From NCBI GenBank assembly GCA_043228905.1, contig JBHGNT010000004.1:20150001-20214000 (forward strand): a stretch of 64,000 nucleotides of DNA. The letters run 5' to 3'. The notes beneath the pieces are model-generated. The model saw nothing but the letters and a program-made list of their open reading frames with translations, was not told where the DNA came from and did not search any database. Below, one piece after another: positions 61,249 to 64,000 of the stretch; the first letter of the stretch is position 1; each line of letters begins with the position of its first letter. Origin of the DNA: Azolla caroliniana (lineage: Eukaryota > Plantae > Polypodiophyta). A program made the translations under genes and the position numbers.

Positions 61249-64000
61249 ATCTGTACAGCCCATTAGTGGTTCCATTCCTTCCAAGCAAGTTAGCAATGTG
61301 TTCCTAGCCCAAGTCATTGTTAGTACTAAAAGTACTCCCCCAGTACCCGTCCTAGCACTTTTAGATTCCAGAGCTAATTCCTGTTTCATGGATCGAAATT
61401 TTGCCCAAGCTTCTCAAATATCCTTAAGAAAACTTCCTTGTCCCGCATCTGTAGTAGTCATTGATGGTCGTCCCATTGCTTCCGGGAATATTATAGAAGA
61501 ATCAAAACCCATTCAAGTTGTCCTAGGTAGTTTTGTGTGTATAATATCATTTAATATAATTAGTAGTCTAGAGCATCCCATTGTCCTAGGATTACCTTGG
61601 TTTGATTTACATAATCCATCCATAGATTGGAGAACAAGAGAAGTCCGATATCGACCACCCCAAGAATCAACTCACCGAGTTTCGACCATTTCACTCCATC
61701 AACTACGCGAAGAAGGACCCAAGGAGGCAATGTTCCTATTTGCCATATCAGTACATCCTTCCAGCACTATTAAGAAGGTAAAAGCCGGTACCCTTCCTCA
61801 TCACCGTCCCTATGACTATCCCATCGATTTACAACCAGGAACCGAGCCACCATGGGGACCAATTTACAACTTGTCACCCACCAAGTTAGAAGTCCTTCGA
61901 GCCTACATAGAGGAGAACTTGGCAAGCGGGTTCATCCGTCATTCGAAATCTCCGGCCGGTGCACCCATCTTCTTTGTCAAGAGGAAAGATGGCTCACTTC
62001 GTCTCGTCGTTGATTACCGCGGATTGAATAAAGTCACCATCTGGAATAGGTATGCACTTCCTCTTATATAAAGTCTTTTAGAGCGAGTTAATGGTGCCAA
62101 GTTTTTTACTAAAATGGACCTACGAGGAGCGTATAACCTCGTGCGGATCCGACCGGGAGATGAATGGAAGACCGCCTTTCGCACGCGGTATGGGCATTTC
62201 GAGTATACTGTTATGCCGTTCGGCCTAACCAATGCACCCGCAGTCTTCCAACACATGGCAAATGATATATTCAGAGACCTCTTGGATATCTGCTTGATCA
62301 TCTATCTGGATGATCTATTGATTTATTCGAAGACCCAGGAAGAGCACGATTCTCATGTACTATTAGTACTAAAGCGACTCCGCGAGAATGGTCTTTATGC
62401 CAAGCTAGAAAAATGTAGCTTTGACTGCAAGAAAGTGGAATTTCTAGGCTACGTCATCTCCTCAAAAGGCATCGCCATGGATCCAGCTAAAATCCAAACT
62501 GTACTAGAGTGGCAAATTCCACGGTCGATACAAGATGTTCAATGTTTTCTAGGTTTTGCTAACTTCTACCGTAAGTTTATACAGGATTACTCGAAGATTA
62601 TTTTACCTCTCACACAACTTACGAAGAAGGGCCAAGCATTTCTTTGGTCCATCGAAGCAGATATGGCTTTTCGGCATCTTAAGAAAGCCTTTACATCAGC
62701 ACCGATTCTAGCTCATGTGGATACAAGCAAACCATTCATCATGGAGGCCGACGCATCAGATTTTGCCCTCGGTAGCATCCTTTCTCAACAAGGAGATAAA
62801 GATGAGTTGCATCCGGTGGCTTTCCATTCGCGCAAATTTGATGTCGCAAAAATCAACTACGAAATACATGACAAGGAGTTATTAGCCATCGTGGATTCAT
62901 TTGTGCAATGGAGGCACTTCTTAGAGGGCTCTCCACATCAGGTCATTGTCTTTAGCGATCATAAAAATCTTGCTTATTTTCAGAACGCTCGCGTACTAAA
63001 TCGACGGCAAGCTCAGTGGGCGCAATTCCTCACGCGTTTCGACTTCAAAATCACATATCGACCGGGGAAGCAGCAAGGAAAAGCAGATGCACTATCACGG
63101 CGTTCATATCTTGCACCTCGTCCTGGTGATCCAACATTTGATAATCAAAAGCAAGTAATCTTGGGACCAACACGATTGCACACAACGCGGATTTTTCACA
63201 CCCCGATGGATTCACAGATTACCAATGACATACGTACAAACTTGAAGATGGATAGTTTTGCGCAAGACATCCTGGCGCACATTGATGGTTTGTTATTCTT
63301 TAAAAAGCGTGTATATGTCCCCGATTGCTCCTGTCGCCTTCAAATCGTCCAGCATTGTCACTACACCCATACGGCGGGACATTTCGGTAGTACTAAGACG
63401 TTGGAGCTAGTGCAGCGATCTTTTTGGTGGCCCCACATGCGCCGTTTTATCGACGACTACGTTCGGACCTATGATGCTTGCTGCCGAGAAAAGATGCCAC
63501 GACACCATCCATATGGCTTGTTGGAACCCTTACCGATTCCAAGTAAGCCGTGGCAGTCTATTTGTCTTGATTTTATCACAGATCTGCCGGTCTCGCAGGG
63601 GTTCGATGTTATCTTAACTGTCGTCGATCGATATACGAAGATGGCACATTTTGTTCCGTGTACTAAGGCCATCACTAGCGAGGAAATCGCCGCCCTAGTC
63701 ATGCGTGAGGTGTTTCGGCATCATGGCCTCCCAGACAGTATCATCAGTGACCGAGGACCGCAATTTGTCTCCAAATTTTGGCAGCATCTCTTCAAGATGC
63801 TCAAGGTCTCTTGCAACCTCTCCTCCGGCTACCATCCTCAGACCGATGGGCAGGCAGAACGAACAAACCAAACGCTGGAGCAATATCTCCGGTGTTTCCT
63901 GAGTTATCAACAGGACGATTGGGCCGAGATTCTCCACTTTGCGAAGTTTGCGTATAATAATGTTGTTCACTCCTTGACTCGAGTCTCCCCATTCTACGCT

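Larger units (their letters stand above)
59530..64000 (+). mobile_element. Ty3/gypsy chromovirus-type (Tcn1/Tf-like) retrotransposon, running off the window end
   Basis: 5' LTR 59530-59976 (TGTCA...TGACA); gag (PVKFDGTRSQFRGFL, LRQG, degenerate CCHC knuckle); protease ALLDSRANS; RT ([42 protein letters not shown]); RNase H (EADASD); integrase (PWQSICLDFI, SDRGPQF, HPQTDGQAER). Several stops and frameshifts. Confidence 0.95.

Overview
Land-plant nuclear DNA, most likely a fern or other seed-free vascular plant (inferred from the gene and TE families, not proven). Bases 1-39.4 kb are AT-rich and gene-containing. They hold the 3' exons of a probable eIF2A gene (+), a complete 9-exon Rab geranylgeranyltransferase beta-subunit gene (-), a conserved uncharacterised plant gene (-), a gene resembling the N-terminal part of a plant DnaJ-domain family (+) and a 2-exon UDP-glycosyltransferase (-). 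Between them are decayed L1 and RTE LINEs, a tRNA-derived SINE family, a mitochondrial SSU rRNA insertion and several local tandem duplications. Bases 39.4-64 kb are a GC/CpG-rich nest of LTR retrotransposons: three Copia elements, one chromovirus-type Ty3/gypsy element, and four insertions of a pol-less, tRNA-Trp-primed LTR family. Most notable: (1) the Trp-primed gag-only family makes 4-bp TSDs, and all four visible target sites are centred on CpG inside Copia coding DNA; (2) a fold-back junction with a chimeric LTR records a template-switch deletion; (3) a CDKC first-exon remnant sits at the 5' end of an L1; (4) the gypsy element has a Tf1-like self-priming PBS and a G_UUA_AAC -1 frameshift signal. 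All homology calls are from recognition of the sequence; no searches were run.
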